Shown piece after piece: positions 25,201 through 37,981 of a DNA stretch of 64,000 nt; positions within the stretch are counted from its first letter, which is position 1; every line of letters starts with the position of its first letter. A program made the position numbers and the translations under genes. The stretch lies in the NCBI RefSeq assembly GCF_964204645.1, contig NC_134025.1:12772001-12836000 (forward strand), read 5' to 3'. The stretch is from Tubulanus polymorphus. Taxonomy: Eukaryota > Animalia > Nemertea. Under the pieces are notes generated by a model that was not told where the DNA came from, ran no database searches, and worked only from the letters and a program-made list of their open reading frames with translations.

Positions 25201-25918
25201 GAATATTTTACAAGTTCAGAAGAGAAACTAAGCCTCTTTCGCACGTTATTTTGTACCAAAAAGGAAGTACTTGTGTCAAATGCGATAGCAAAACGGGCTT
25301 CGCTAAAAGCGAAAGTCCATAAAAAGTTTGGTGGCGGTGAACTGTTGCTTTTAGATCATCCCATTCTTTATTTTATTTTGGATATCGGATAATCTATTAG
25401 TGACAGTTCCCCCCCAAACTTCAATTACGAGCTCTTGTGAGGTGGAGTGCCTGACGAAAAGACCTACCGAAGTATAAGAGCTGACTGACACAAAGTATAC
25501 CTCTATATGATAAAATATTACTTATGTTTTTATTAATAAATAAAATTTGCTTACAAAAAGAAATATGTGATCTTTTATGTTATATCAAATACATTCACAA
25601 TAGGTAAAAATTGAAAGTGGATTACAATGGTGACACTGCTAAACAGAAGTATGTTGAATGTTACATGTAATTGTATGATTTATTCACATGTAACATCGGT
25701 GTATGTTGGCGCTGAGACAAAGAACTGCTTAAAGAATATAACCAAACAAATTTATACTCTGATAGAATAAATACAATTCCTTATAAAAAAAACTGACATT
25801 AAATAACACATTAAAATGCCACATGACATAAAAACGTTAAAAAATGGATTACAATAATAAAGTATTTAAAAAAAATATGCAGTTCATCATGCAAATATTT
25901 TACACATAACATGTTAAC

Positions 25919-26554
25919 GATTGTAGGAAAAAATGCCACTGGTAAAAATGTTACCAGTGGAAATGACAGTAGGAAAAAATGCCACCAAAATTCTTATGAT
26001 CCTGGGATAAGGTATTAAAATCTCGAAATCTAAGTTGAAAAAATGCCACCAATGATTTTTCCAACAGTTTAAAATGATGATAATAAAATGCTACAGTTTA
26101 TTTTCAGACTTTTTCTATCCAGATTATGTACACATTCGAAATTTAACTACTTTACACTACTGATTATGAATTTGATTTTGACTAAGAATAGTCTAACAAT
26201 ATTTTGTTTAACAAGTGATGTACATAGTATTTTGCATATTTTATAATGATATAAACAAGGGGGCAATATAAAGGCAGTTATAAACTAAAAAAATTTCAAG
26301 CATAGTAGACTAGGGGGCACTAACGTAAAATAGTACAAGGTAGGGTTAATTTACAACATAAAATCAGCCGCAAACTAAAGAAACTTTAAAGCGGGAAACT
26401 TAGGGGTACTGAAATACAACCAGATACAATAGTTAGTTTGAAATTCAATAGAAAGAGATCATTGATAAATGACTGATAATTAATGCAGTCAAGTTAAATC
26501 TATGTATGTAAATATCTTTATTTTTTCCTGCTGGTGGCATTTTTTCCGTATACC
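25919..26554. mobile_element. Mutator-like MITE
   Basis: Imperfect TIR with GGAAAAAATGCCAC / GTGGCATTTTTTCC; 9-bp TSD CATGTTAAC at 25910-25918 and 26555-26563. Confidence 0.82.
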
Positions 26555-26650
26555 CATGTTAACCACATTACTACCAAGCCAACCAAATAACTTAATTATT
26601 CATTCAATTACCCTAAAAACCATAATTAATTAACTACTTAGTACCACTTA

Positions 26651-26814
26651 GGGATCATTCATTTATTACGTACGCATAAAATTTGAATTCTTCAACCCCC
26701 CTACCCCCCCCCCCTGTACGCAAAATCGGCCATTTGTTTCATATAAAATAAGCATTACAGTACGCAACTGCACTTACCCCTCCCCTAATGTGTACGTAAT
26801 AAATGAATGACCCG
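26651..26814. mobile_element. PIF/Harbinger (Tourist-like) MITE
   Basis: TIR GGGATCATTCATTTATTACGTAC / GTACGTAATAAATGAATGACCCG flanked by TTA on both sides. Confidence 0.82.
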
Positions 26815-26859
26815 TTAAACATGTCATCAGCTGAGCAAAAAAATCTGTCCAGCATTTAA

Positions 26860-27147
26860 CCCTTTCAGTGCTGACTAATTAATACCCTATAGTGCTGGAG
26901 AAAATTTGAAAATTCTAAAAAATTCCACCCTAGTGTGTTGAACAATGGGAATACCACTATAGTGCGTCTACACCGCAGTGCGGTGTATCGTTAGTTACTA
27001 GTATTTCACTATGTTTGACACTTGCTGCCATTTTTCAATAGAGATAATTACAAATTACTAATTACATCAATACACCGCAGTGCGGTGTACTAGCAAAATC
27101 CATCACTGATTTATACACCGCACCGCGGTGTAGACGCACTGAAAGGG
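26860..27147. mobile_element. piggyBac-type MITE
   Basis: TTAA-CCCTTTCAGTGC...GCACTGAAAGGG-TTAA; internal repeated TACACCGCAGTGCGGTGTA palindromes. Confidence 0.88.
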
Positions 27148-27471
27148 TTAATTCTCATTGTTTACTCATAATATGTGTAAAGACTCTATCATAATACCAA
27201 TGTACAATATAACAATGTGGCAACTAGCACAATAGTTCACCAGCCTATAATCCCCAGTGTCTGTATCTTCAGATCCTGGAATTCAGAATACATGTATTTA
27301 TCCCTAGTCATTACACTTCCCTGATTGCATTCAAACATTACACACCTCGAATTCTCAATTTGCATGCACACTAGATGATTAAAGCTGGGTCCAAGGAAAT
27401 GGGTCAATTTGTCTTTGGAGAAATTTAGGTTGGTAAGGTGATCTGATTGATTACCTGTCTATTTAATTAGC

Positions 27472-28689
27472 TTAATTGTCAACTGGGACATGGGCAATAA
27501 GTACTTTGTGGTCAGACCAAGGGCACTCTAGAAAATCAGTATTTAAATCTATTATATTTGAAAAAATTAAATCTATGGCAGTATTATAATCGGTAGTAGG
27601 CTGTTTCACATGTTGGGTACAGTAAAATATTGAGGTCAAGAACTTAGTTATGGGTTTCTCATCATTAAGAACATTTTCATTGAAATCACCAAGGATGATA
27701 AAAGGTAAGTTAATTTGTAACATTGTAGCTAGTCCACCATCAGCCATAATAAGCTGTTTAAATACAGAAGTTTGAGTTTTTGGTGATTTATACAGGAAAA
27801 CTAACTGATAAGTGATAGAATTAAAGGTGGCAATAAAAAATGTATATTCTAACTTAGGTGTATTATATACAGATTGTATTGAGAAAGGAATATCACGGTG
27901 AATATATGTAGTAATACCATGATAAGCATTACAGCTTTTATTTTGATGAAATAAATGATTTTCTATTTCATAAATTTGGTTGGATTGAAGTCTTGATTCA
28001 GCAAAACCAATTATGTGGGCTGCTTGGAAATTTTGATCCTTGATAATGTCTTTATAATGTAAATGCAGTGACTGCGCATTATGGAAAATCAACTTAAAGC
28101 TTGAGACTGGTAATTTGTAAACTGGAGTGTAAGTTAATTTAATCAACTTTTCTCTTCTCAAAGTTTCCATCTGCAAAATGGTATCTGAAGACACAGCAAT
28201 TTTAGATTCATCAAAATCTTTGAGATGGAGTCCAGATAATTTAGTGACGCGACTAAGAGCAACATAATGTAAATGGGTCCATTTTCTTCTTGAATTTAAA
28301 TCCAAACAGACTTCAGATAGAGTACTTCCCTGGGCTTTATGAACTGACCTTGCAGCAGCTTGTGTAAGGGGAAATTGTATTCTAATTACTGATATTCCAC
28401 CTGTAGATTGACTGTATGAAAACTGGAAGGAACGTTTAGTATCAAAAATTGGAGTCCAAGTATTTTCTACCACATTAGACTTAAACATACTGTATTTAGT
28501 TCGTTGCATTATGCCAATTTGTTGATCATCAAAAAGAACCCAGAGAATACTTGGACGATTGCTGGTTTGCATATGATAATCAATATGTTTTAGGGTACAG
28601 GTGACACCATTAGTAAGGCCATCTTCAACAGCTAGATTCACGGTAATAGAGTACAGCAAACCAACTGCTAATTTAACTTCAGTGTGCAA
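27472..28689 (-). pseudogene. Helicase C-terminus fused to an AP (EEP) endonuclease
   Basis: QFPL...SVHKAQGSTL...YVALSRV, then HNAQSL, GFAESRL, ILGDFN, TAIDLIF and SDHK. Confidence 0.9.
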
Positions 28690-28714
28690 TCCAGCAGTTT
28701 TATTGTTGTTATTC

Positions 28715-30892
28715 TCAGAGGGCGAGGATAGTTTTTTTTAAGATACGGACTTTAGTATCTGAGTTAATATTTCCTTGGACTGCATCAATCGGATGAATTA
28801 TTACCTTTTGGCCAGTGGCCATTTCAAAAGTCTGTGAATTGTGAGCAGCAACTCTATTAAGAGCACAAAGGTGGGGCAATTCACGAAATTTTGACCATTG
28901 AGTGGGCTCGATAATTCGAGTTTTGATGAGATTTACATCGGCCTGTGTATGTTCACCTTCTCTTATTCTACTGAGTAGGAAAGCAAATTCTTGGTCATCT
29001 TTCTGACGCATGATGTCTGTAAGTTCATACATGAAGAAATGTTTCTGCCATAAGTTTGTAGCGAGAGGTCCATGCATATCTTTCAGATCATTAAATATCC
29101 AGTCATCAAAAACAGGTTGTAACTGAAATAAATCACCAACAACAATTAATGAAACACCACCGAAATCAGATTTGTTTCCTTTGATTTGTTGTAACCGCCT
29201 ATTAATATTATTGAAAATTTTGTTACCGACCATTGAAATTTCATCAATTATTATTACTGATAGATCTTTATACTTCATAGCATATGTATTAAGGACATCT
29301 GGAGACAGATCTTTGATTTTACCCTGACTGACGGGTAAAGCAAAAGCTTTGTGTAATGTGACTCCTTTTATATTAAACGCAGCATTACCTGTAGGGGCAC
29401 ACAACAGAATCCTCATGTTAGTGAAGTCAGCAGAAGAGCATAGATATCTTTGTAAGGACTGATATAAGGCATGGATAACTACAGATTTACCAACACCAGC
29501 ACCACCTGTAAGGAAAGCATAAGTAGGTTCATTATTGATCTTTATAGAATGGAGCACATGAGTAAAGAATTCCCTTTGTTTAATATTTAAAAGCCTAAGT
29601 TTTTGTAGCAAAATCTCTTTAGAACACACAGCTTGCTGTTCAATGACAGTGTTTGTATATCTACTAGTGTTAAGTGATAAGTCATGAGCAATATCATGAT
29701 CCATTTGATTTAAAGGACGATCAGGATCAAAATACAAGTATTCTGTTTGAACAGTTGATGTATCACATTCAGTTTCTGCATTATCCTGTTGACAGTTTGG
29801 TGCCAATTCATCATAAACCTCCATGTTTAAATTATCAGAATGTTGCATTACTTCATTGGTTATATCGGAAAACCGAGCATATTGTTTTAGCTTATTTGCT
29901 ATGATACTTTTTACTTGATTAAACTGGTCTTCATAGGAAGGACTGTTTTGGATAATATCAACATCTTCATTGTGCCATGGAATATACAACATTAATTTTT
30001 CCCTGTAAAATTCTTCTTTATTAGTTTTTAAATTATAATTAACATATCTTATTACTCTGTAATTGCCAGGTTTTCGTTGTACAATTGTCATGCCATTTGC
30101 ACACTTTATTTTGAGACGTTCGGTCAGATCATTGTCATTTTCAGTTTCATTGAAATCCTCTTCATTGCCCATATATTCTTGCTCTTCATCCTCGTATAAA
30201 TTTGATTCATAGTCATTGGCTGTGGTCTGTTTTTTAGGATAGGTGATGTTAAGTTGTGAAGTGTAATCTGCAAGGCACCAGTTTTCAAGTGCTTTTGGGC
30301 GCTTACTGTATCTGTCAGTGATATTACTATAGCTTATATCTGAAGATGATGGATCTAAATGTTCTAGATCTTCCAAAGATTCCAACAAATATGTGCGCTC
30401 ATCTGCAGGTGACGTATTTATGAAGACAATAGCACGGGTTGACTTAGTCAGTGGTAAACCAAGGGTTAAATAGGCAGCCTCTTGAGCACAAACTTCAACA
30501 CTATTTAAGAATTTATTGCCTATATATCTTACTTTTTGACGGATATCCATATTTCCTTCTTTGGCTTCTTTACAAGCTCGTTCCATGACTGGACTCATAC
30601 CTTTTTGGGATTTATTTATGTACGAAACGATATACATTGCAGTTGCATATGGGACCAAAACGAACTGTAAATCATGATTAGCTTGCCAGGCAGAGAGAAT
30701 TTTCTTAAAATATGGATTTATTCTTATATCACAAGGATCTCTCTTGAGGAAAACCTTTGCTGTTTTCAATTTACTAGAAATTACCTTAAGGTATGTTTCA
30801 TTATCGAGCTCAAGTTTTGATAAAAATTCTGAAAATGACATGTTTAATCCTTCTTTATCTTCATTAAGAAGGTTGGTGACTTTCAGATGCAA
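28715..30892 (-). pseudogene. Rep C-terminal part and PIF1-family helicase core
   Basis: YIVSYINK, FLTGGAGVGKS, APTGNAA, IIIDEISMV, VGDLFQLQPV, LTDIMRQ. Confidence 0.92.
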
Positions 30893-30958
30893 TTAGTCTA
30901 ATCTGGCTTTTTCTTCTTTATCTTTACTAACTTCAAATGGTTCAAGAATTGTAGTGTG

Positions 30959-32660
30959 TTACATAGGGGCTAATGGAAAACCAAACCTGCAAATGGGTTT
31001 GTTATACTTTTTACATGTCTTGGAATGTTTATGTTTTTGGAGATTCACAAATTCTTTATCAGATTCCAACACATTACTAGTACATGAGACAAATTGATCA
31101 AGCCATGTAGCAATTTCTTCATTAGATTGTTCTCCAAGCTTAGGTGCATCTTTAATCCACACAATCATGTGAATGTGAGCTGAGCCTCGCTGTTGCATTT
31201 CTACTCTATAAAACATATCTTGAATCTCCCCAATTGGATTATGTGCACTCTTTAAAACATATTCAATAAAATTGTGAACTCTGTGGTCAAAGAATCTAGC
31301 ACAAGTAACAGGATCAGATTTAATAAGTCGCGAACGTTGTTGCCAGTCCATGGCTTCAATATCATTATCAGAATAATCAGTTTTGTCAATTAATTTCCCA
31401 AGAATTTTCAATAGATCAACCCATTTTGTATCTGCAGCACTTAGACTAATAAACCATGTAGGTAGACCTAGCTAACGTATCATAGCAAAAACATGTTTCT
31501 TTTTTGACTCTAAATAAGCTGGAGAATTTCTTAGTGTTTTGAAAATATAGTACCCATCATCCAAATTCACTAAATTATCATGACCAGATTCCTTGCAAAG
31601 ATCACCAGCTTTGAGAGTCTTGCCCTTAGTTTTGAATCGGCGCACTGCAATGATACCTTTCCAGACACTTGTTGCAATTGCAATTTACATGTTTTGAAAA
31701 AAAGATTTGGCACGGACATGGCAGCTCTCCTATCGACATTACACAGTTCCCACTTACAAATCTGGCTATAATGTACAGGTTTTATTCTTGCTGTATTGGG
31801 AAGCCTCTTCTGACCACAGAATATTGTTGGGAAAGCCAATTCCTCAGCAAAGTCATCCTTGAAAATACTTAAAGGGCTTTGATTCTGACCAGGAGCAAAT
31901 GATATTACTCTATCACTTTCATCAATAAGCAAAGTATCTAAATTGCCAGTATTATTCTGTGTGTCATCAATTTCACAAAATTTGTCACCATCAGTCTCTT
32001 TAGATTTATTGTCAGGTGACAATATATCAGTTATTCCATTTTCAGAATTATTAGTGTCAGCATGTTCTTCAAGGTATTCTTTTACTTCAGTGTTTTCAAC
32101 GTCAAACCAATCAGGATTGTACTGTATTTGTAAACTCTTCTATAATTCACTGTTTTCCATTAGCCATTGAAATGCAGCTTGTATTTTGGCAGGTCTGACA
32201 TTTTCTGAATGAACAGTAGATTTGTATTCATTGCGTCTTTTAAATTGAACATGGAGTGTTTGTGTATCAGTCCAATTCCTAGGTAAACTGAAGATGGTTT
32301 CTGAAATATCACAAGGTACATTAACAACATTGCCTTTTAATGACAGTTGACGCCCTCTAGGTAATTCTCTTATCTGCATAAATGGGATACGAGGTGCTAT
32401 AAGTCTTTCCTCAAGCGAAAATAAATCCAATTCATTTGGTTTTTGTGGAAAATAAAGCCCATTATAAACAGAAAGAGTTGGCATAGAATTCTTTTTCATG
32501 GAATCACTACAAGTCAGACAGATCCATTCCAATTCATTAACTGATACATAATTGGTTAAGCAGATATTTTTCATATCTTCATGGCCAGTATCTGATAATG
32601 AATCAGCCGAAATAACAGAATCTTTAAAACAAGTACGGTGACATGAGGAGCAAACATAAA
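30959..32660 (-). pseudogene. Helitron Rep (HUH) domain and upstream Cys-rich region, fragmented
   Basis: DPVTCARFF, FYRVEMQQRGSAHIHMIVW (Ser before HUH, as in Helentrons), CRFGFP; upstream WICLTC...LEERLIAPRIPF...GNVVNVP. Confidence 0.88.
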
Positions 32661-32929
32661 TTGGACCAACAGAAATTCTTTTATGGAATTTTGAGATACA
32701 ATCTTCAAGAGATTCTGTTAAAAGTTTCTGCTTTTAACAGAATTGGTTTCGTAGGCAATAAAACTATCAGATAAACGTAAAGTTGACTTTCTTTTACGAT
32801 CCCTTGTCTTCTCCAAAGAATGTGTATGTCCGTATGATCTTTGAGCTTGCTTCTGAACTCTTTCCATCTCAAGCACTGATGGCTGTTTTCGCAAAACTTT
32901 CTTACGATTGCGATCATACAATGTTTCAG

Positions 32930-33406
32930 CTTGCTTTTTCTCTGGAGTACTCCGCTGTAATTGTTTCCCGATCAACTCTCGTTTACGTTCAACTTGACGT
33001 TTTTCAGGGATGGCTCTTTGTGATTGTTTCCCGATCAATTCTAGTTTACGTTCAACTTGACGTTTTTCAGGGATGGCTCTTTGTGATTGTTTCCCGATCA
33101 ATTCTCGTTTACGTTCAACTTGACGTTTTTCAGCGATGGCTCTTTGTGATTGTTTCCCGATCAATTCTCGTTTACGTTCAACTTGACGTTTTTCAGGGAT
33201 GGCTCTTTGTGATTGTTTCTCGATCAATTCTCGTTTACGTCCAACTTGACGTTTTTCAGTGATGGCTCTTTGCTTCTGTCTATATTTATTCACTAGAATA
33301 CGCTCAGCTTTGTACCTTTCAGGGGTGGCTCTTTGTAATTGTTTCCCAATCAATTCTCGTTTACGTTCAACTTGAAGTTTTTCAGGGATGGCTCTTTGCT
33401 CCTGTC
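32930..33406 (-). repeat. 63-bp coding tandem repeat (KRQVERKRELIGKQSQRAIPE)n of the Helentron protein; continues at 45607-45720
   Basis: About seven 21-aa units in and just upstream of ORF 32718-33353; two more after Polinton B. Confidence 0.9.
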
Positions 33407-33497
33407 TATATTAGTAATAGGAAAAGTGGGGTTTCAGATCAGAGGACGAGAGGACGAGACACCACTCATCACCACAAGTAATTCTTTTTCCTAATAA

Positions 33498-35334
33498 ATG
33501 GGGGAGAATGAACACCAGACAGAAAACAATAATGTTAATAAAAATCAATATTATTGCACATATTGTAAAAAATACATCGATATATCTAATAAAACACGAC
33601 ATGAAAAAACTGCAAATCATATAAAAAATGTAATAGATTTTGAAACTCCAGAAAATTCCAATGAAAGAAAAGAAAGATTAGAAAATATGAATGTGGATGA
33701 AATAAAATGTGAAGTTTGTAATGAATTTATAGTAAAAAGGAATTATAATAGACATCTCGAATCACAAAAACACCACCGAAATTTGAGTAATAATGTTTTA
33801 GGAAAAGTTAATTTCGATGATAAACTTCAAAAAGTAAAAAAAACCAAGTTCAAAAACTAAATCCATTTCAAATAAACCTTACATGGAAAATGTTAGAAAT
33901 TATATTGATTCACTAGAAATAAAAGATACAATTGAAATTTTAGAAACATTACATAGTAAAATTGGTCCTGCGGCTATTATATTTAGATTCTTTAAAGGTA
34001 CAACAATAGAAGATTATAGTAAATTTAATGAAATAATAGAAAAAATACTAGATTTGATAACAGATGTTGAATATCCAAAAATTAGTATCTCTGGGAAAGT
34101 AAGTTTTATAAAGTCAGAAGAAAAAATGAATTATAATATTCAAACACTCTCTGAAGAAATAATTTCAAAAACACAAATAAAAGAGAAGTTAGAAAAAATA
34201 TTAAATGAATTTAAACGTCATATTGAAGAAAGATATTTTGAGGGTTCTGGCTTAACATTGAATGAAATTATATATTTAGATTTAAATGTTTACAATACAA
34301 AAAGAAATAAAACATCAAAAAGTAAAACAATGTTTAAAAATGATTCAAACTTTACAACAGAAAAGGATATTAAAGCATCATCTTATATTAAATTATCATT
34401 TACGACAAAAGCAGTAATAAATATTCAAAATGAAGATAATAAATGTTTTCTATGGTCAATTATTAGTTGCTTACATCCAACACAGGAAAATGTTTGTAGA
34501 ATAACAGATTATCGGAAATATGAAACATTATATAAAATTGATCAATATCCAGTAACTATAAAAATGATACCCAAAATAGAAAAAATTAATAAGTTAAAAA
34601 TAAATGTATTCGAATTAATGCAATTACCAAAGACAAAAGGTGAAAATATTAAAGATTATACATTGGAAGCTTTATATTTAACAGAATATTATGATGATGA
34701 AAATGCTATAGATTTGTTATATTACAAAAAAGATGAAAATGAACATTATATGTGGTTAAAACAAATTGATTTATTCTTTAGAACAGAAAGTGATCATCAT
34801 CATAAAATTTATCTATGTAGAAAATGTTTATCTAAATTTATGACTGAGAATACATTATTAAAACATAAAGAATTATGTGATAATAAAGATTTTTGTAAAT
34901 TAATAATGCCAACAGAAAAAGATTATAAATTGAAATTTACTAACCATAAATCTAAGAATATTGTTCCATTTGTAATTTATGGGGATTTTGAATCGTTGAA
35001 TAAAGAATTAACCGATCAAGATAGAAAAGAAATATATAACAAAAAGCAATTATAAAAATCAATGGATAAAGGAAATGAATTAAATGAAGACACAACACAA
35101 GACCCACCAATTATAAATACAATTAAAAAAGTTCATCAAAGAGCTGCTGCTTATGGAATTTATATAAAATCAAATTATCCCGAATTATATGAATGTCAAT
35201 ATATTTCTTTTAGAGGTGAAGATGTAGTTAATGATTTTTGTAACAAAATGATTGAATTAGAAAGTGATTTTGCAAAATTATTAAACAAAAATAAAAGAAT
35301 AGTTATGACAAAAGAAGATGAACACGATAGGTAG
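33498..35334 (+). pseudogene. polB: N-terminal part of pPolB (zinc fingers, OTU-like region, exonuclease I motif), truncated
   Basis: YYCTYC...HEKTANH, CEVC...HLESQKH, NEDNKCFLWSI and YGDFES; clearly homologous to but diverged from copy A polB. Confidence 0.9.
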
Positions 35335-36714
35335 AACACAATATCCGTGTTGACGCGATGAGGAGAGAATCCCACAATGATAATAAAAAGTCCGAAAATG
35401 AAATTTCGAGATAGTAGTTTATTTCAACGTTTCGACTATATCCTAATAGTCATCTTCAGGAATAATGAGATACTACAGAAATTATGAGATATATATACAA
35501 TCCAGAGACAAAGAGACTAATTCAAGTAATCAGAGATGATACAAACTAAAGGAAAATTAACGTAGAAACAGTTACACGCTAAAATAGATTAAAGGGAAGC
35601 AAACTAAGGGGTGATTATAAACAACAATAGTGAGTATAAATATAAATGAAACTTAAAGTCAGTAGTAAAAAGAAAGACAAACTGGGGGGCACTTAAATTA
35701 AAACATAGGTGAATACAAGTCAAGCTCTCCCCGTTATCCATTTCCTGAAAATATATGAGTAACAATAGCTTGTAAATTGGAGGATCCCGATGAAAGGAAC
35801 ATTGTATCGAAGGCTTAGGCAAGCTATAAATATTCTTTTTTCAAACTATTAACGTGACATCTCAAATTTAATTTAGTAGAATGATTAGTGAAAATCACAC
35901 GATTGAACATATTATTCTACCCATACACGTTGAATGAAGTACTTAATCATGATAAATTGACGATATAATAAAATTTTATTTAATTGGATTGGTTTAAATC
36001 TAGTGACAGGAGAACGTTCAAAATTTCGTCGATAAAATCGGCGGAAGATATCGTAATGTAGCATGATCAACTTACTCTCTGATTAATTAATAAACAAGGC
36101 ACATTGCTTACTTACGATTAAAAATGCAGATCCTTGACCAAGAAGTTAGAGCCGCTACGATAAGAGTGAAACGCAAATGAAATGGCGCGGTAGGTCCGGC
36201 GCCGTACACAACACATAAAGTGGACGCACTGAGGATCGCGTGAAACCGATATCGAGTAAGCCCATTGCAAATCGATTGATTTTCAAAATTTTTCAAGTAT
36301 CGTCACTAATAGTTAAATGCGATAATTTAACGCTATTTTCATTTAAATACGCAATCTCCGCGAAGTAGTCGCGTGTTTGATTTAGGTAAATATAGACTAC
36401 TTGGTACTGGGGTTTTTCCCATCAGACTCGCGCCGTTAGATAGGAAAAATCAATACGATGCTAGTGCTGTATGTATATAATATGCATTTCACAAACTTTG
36501 ACGCTGATTTCAGATAGACAATCAATTTTCTTTATGTACGGCAGGGATACTATAAATGAGCGCTTTTACGGCTCAGGACGCTTTTTACGGTCCAGTATCG
36601 CCTGTCGATCTTCACTCACGAAATTTCCGGAATTTTTCCACCGGCAAACGGAATGCGAATATTGGTTCGAAAATACGTAACGATTCCGGATAAATCGGAA
36701 GGGTTGGAGGGTCT
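35331..36714. mobile_element. Foreign DNA replacing the polB-to-73-aa-ORF interval of copy B; left part looks Penelope-like
   Basis: Abrupt loss of homology to copy A at ~35331, return at GGGAAGTGTTAATG (~36715); higher GC; hammerhead-like motif. Confidence 0.6.
35413..35478 (-). ncRNA. Minimal, atypical hammerhead-ribozyme-like motif of the Penelope type
   Basis: Minus strand: CTGAAGA-T-GACTAT-TAGGAT-ATAGTC-GAAA-CGTTG, with flanking TTATT/AATAA and GTAGT/ACTAC pairing. Confidence 0.55.
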
Positions 36715-36859
36715 GGGAAGTGTTAATGTTGATAGATTTGATATAAATGATATTTTAAAGTTAACATTAGCAATTACTTTATCTAATTTAACTATTGATT
36801 ATTTGGAAAAACAAAAATATATTCCTCCCTTATAAATGCGTAATTATTTTACTAAATAA

Positions 36860-37282
36860 ATGGCTTCTACAATTATAACTATTATAGGATCGGCAATTGT
36901 TAACGCTTTGGCATTTACTGGTGGTGGATATTTATTTAAACATATTGATAAAAATAGTTCATTAGGAGAACAAAGAAGACATAACTTAGCATTAGAGTAA
37001 TATAATAAAGCAGCAGAAGAATATAGAGAAAAGAGACAAAACTATATGGATTACATCAATAAAGAATTATATGATCAGAAGATTTCACATAGAGATTTTC
37101 AATCAGTTGATAATGCGATGAGTTTATATAACGCAGTAACCAATAAAGAAAAATTACATCTATACAAACCTAAATTATCAGATTATTATACCCCAAGTAA
37201 AGAACAACAGAAATATGAAATAATTTGGATTTTAGGTGGAACAGTTATTGTTAAATTTGTAGCATATAAATTTACTAATTAG
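36860..37282 (+). pseudogene. 140-aa hydrophobic protein homologue with premature stop
   Basis: Matches 13181-13603; AAA>TAA at ~36998. Confidence 0.85.
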
Positions 37283-37301
37283 TAATTTTTTTTCTAAATA
37301 A

Positions 37302-37736
37302 ATGGAAGATAAAGTTGATAGTATTGATATTATTCCTCATGATATAAATAAAACTAAATTAAAAATATATTTAGAAAAACAAATATTAGAATTTGAAAGT
37401 GACTTAAAGATAAAAAAGAAAAAATATTTCAAAAGTAAAATTATATATTATTTGATTATAAGTGGTTCGGTTACAATTAGTTCTGTAATAACATTTCTAG
37501 CAATATTCAGTCCATTAACACCTTTAGCTATATCAATTGGTGTATTAGGATTAAGTTCAAGTGTTTTAACTGGTATAAGTTCAAAATTAAATATAAAAAG
37601 TAATAAAGAAAAAATTAAAACTAATATAAAAGAAATTAATAAATTAAAGAACACACTAGATTATATCATAAGTTTAAATGGTCATATAACAGTTGAAGAA
37701 CAAGATAAATTATTAAAAGAATTAATAAATTATTAA
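37302..37736 (+). CDS. 144-aa two-TM protein
   Basis: Near-identical to 12727-13161. Confidence 0.8.
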   Translation: MEDKVDSIDIIPHDINKTKLKIYLEKQILEFESDLKIKKKKYFKSKIIYYLIISGSVTISSVITFLAIFSPLTPLAISIGVLGLSSSVLTGISSKLNIKSNKEKIKTNIKEINKLKNTLDYIISLNGHITVEEQDKLLKELINY

Positions 37737-37752
37737 TTTTTTAATTATATAA

Positions 37753-37980
37753 ATGGTAGATAGTTTTCCAATATAATAAATCAATTAAATATAATATTCC
37801 AGCAATAGATTTTAATAAAGATATTACATATAGAAATGAAGTTTTAGATTCATTAACTAATTTAGAAATTTATGTTACTGAAACTAATAATTTTAATGCA
37901 AAGATGGAAAATATATTTCATGTATATTTAATTAATTTTAAAAAATTGAAAGATGAAAAACAATGGTTATTAAAATGTAA
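37753..37980 (+). pseudogene. 74-aa protein homologue, frameshifted
   Basis: Small deletion after MVDSFP relative to 12486-12710. Confidence 0.7.
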
Positions 37981-37981
37981 T

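Noticed and set aside
22300-25300. Host gene (ORFs 24184-24594, 24902-25126 and others)
   Set aside because: Short, no recognisable motifs and no supportable exon structure.
25430-25485. Hammerhead-like CTGACGA...GAA
   Set aside because: No convincing stem II and no GAAA core.
32783-33262. 159-aa repetitive hydrophobic ORF on the + strand
   Set aside because: Antisense reading of the 63-bp Helentron coding repeat.
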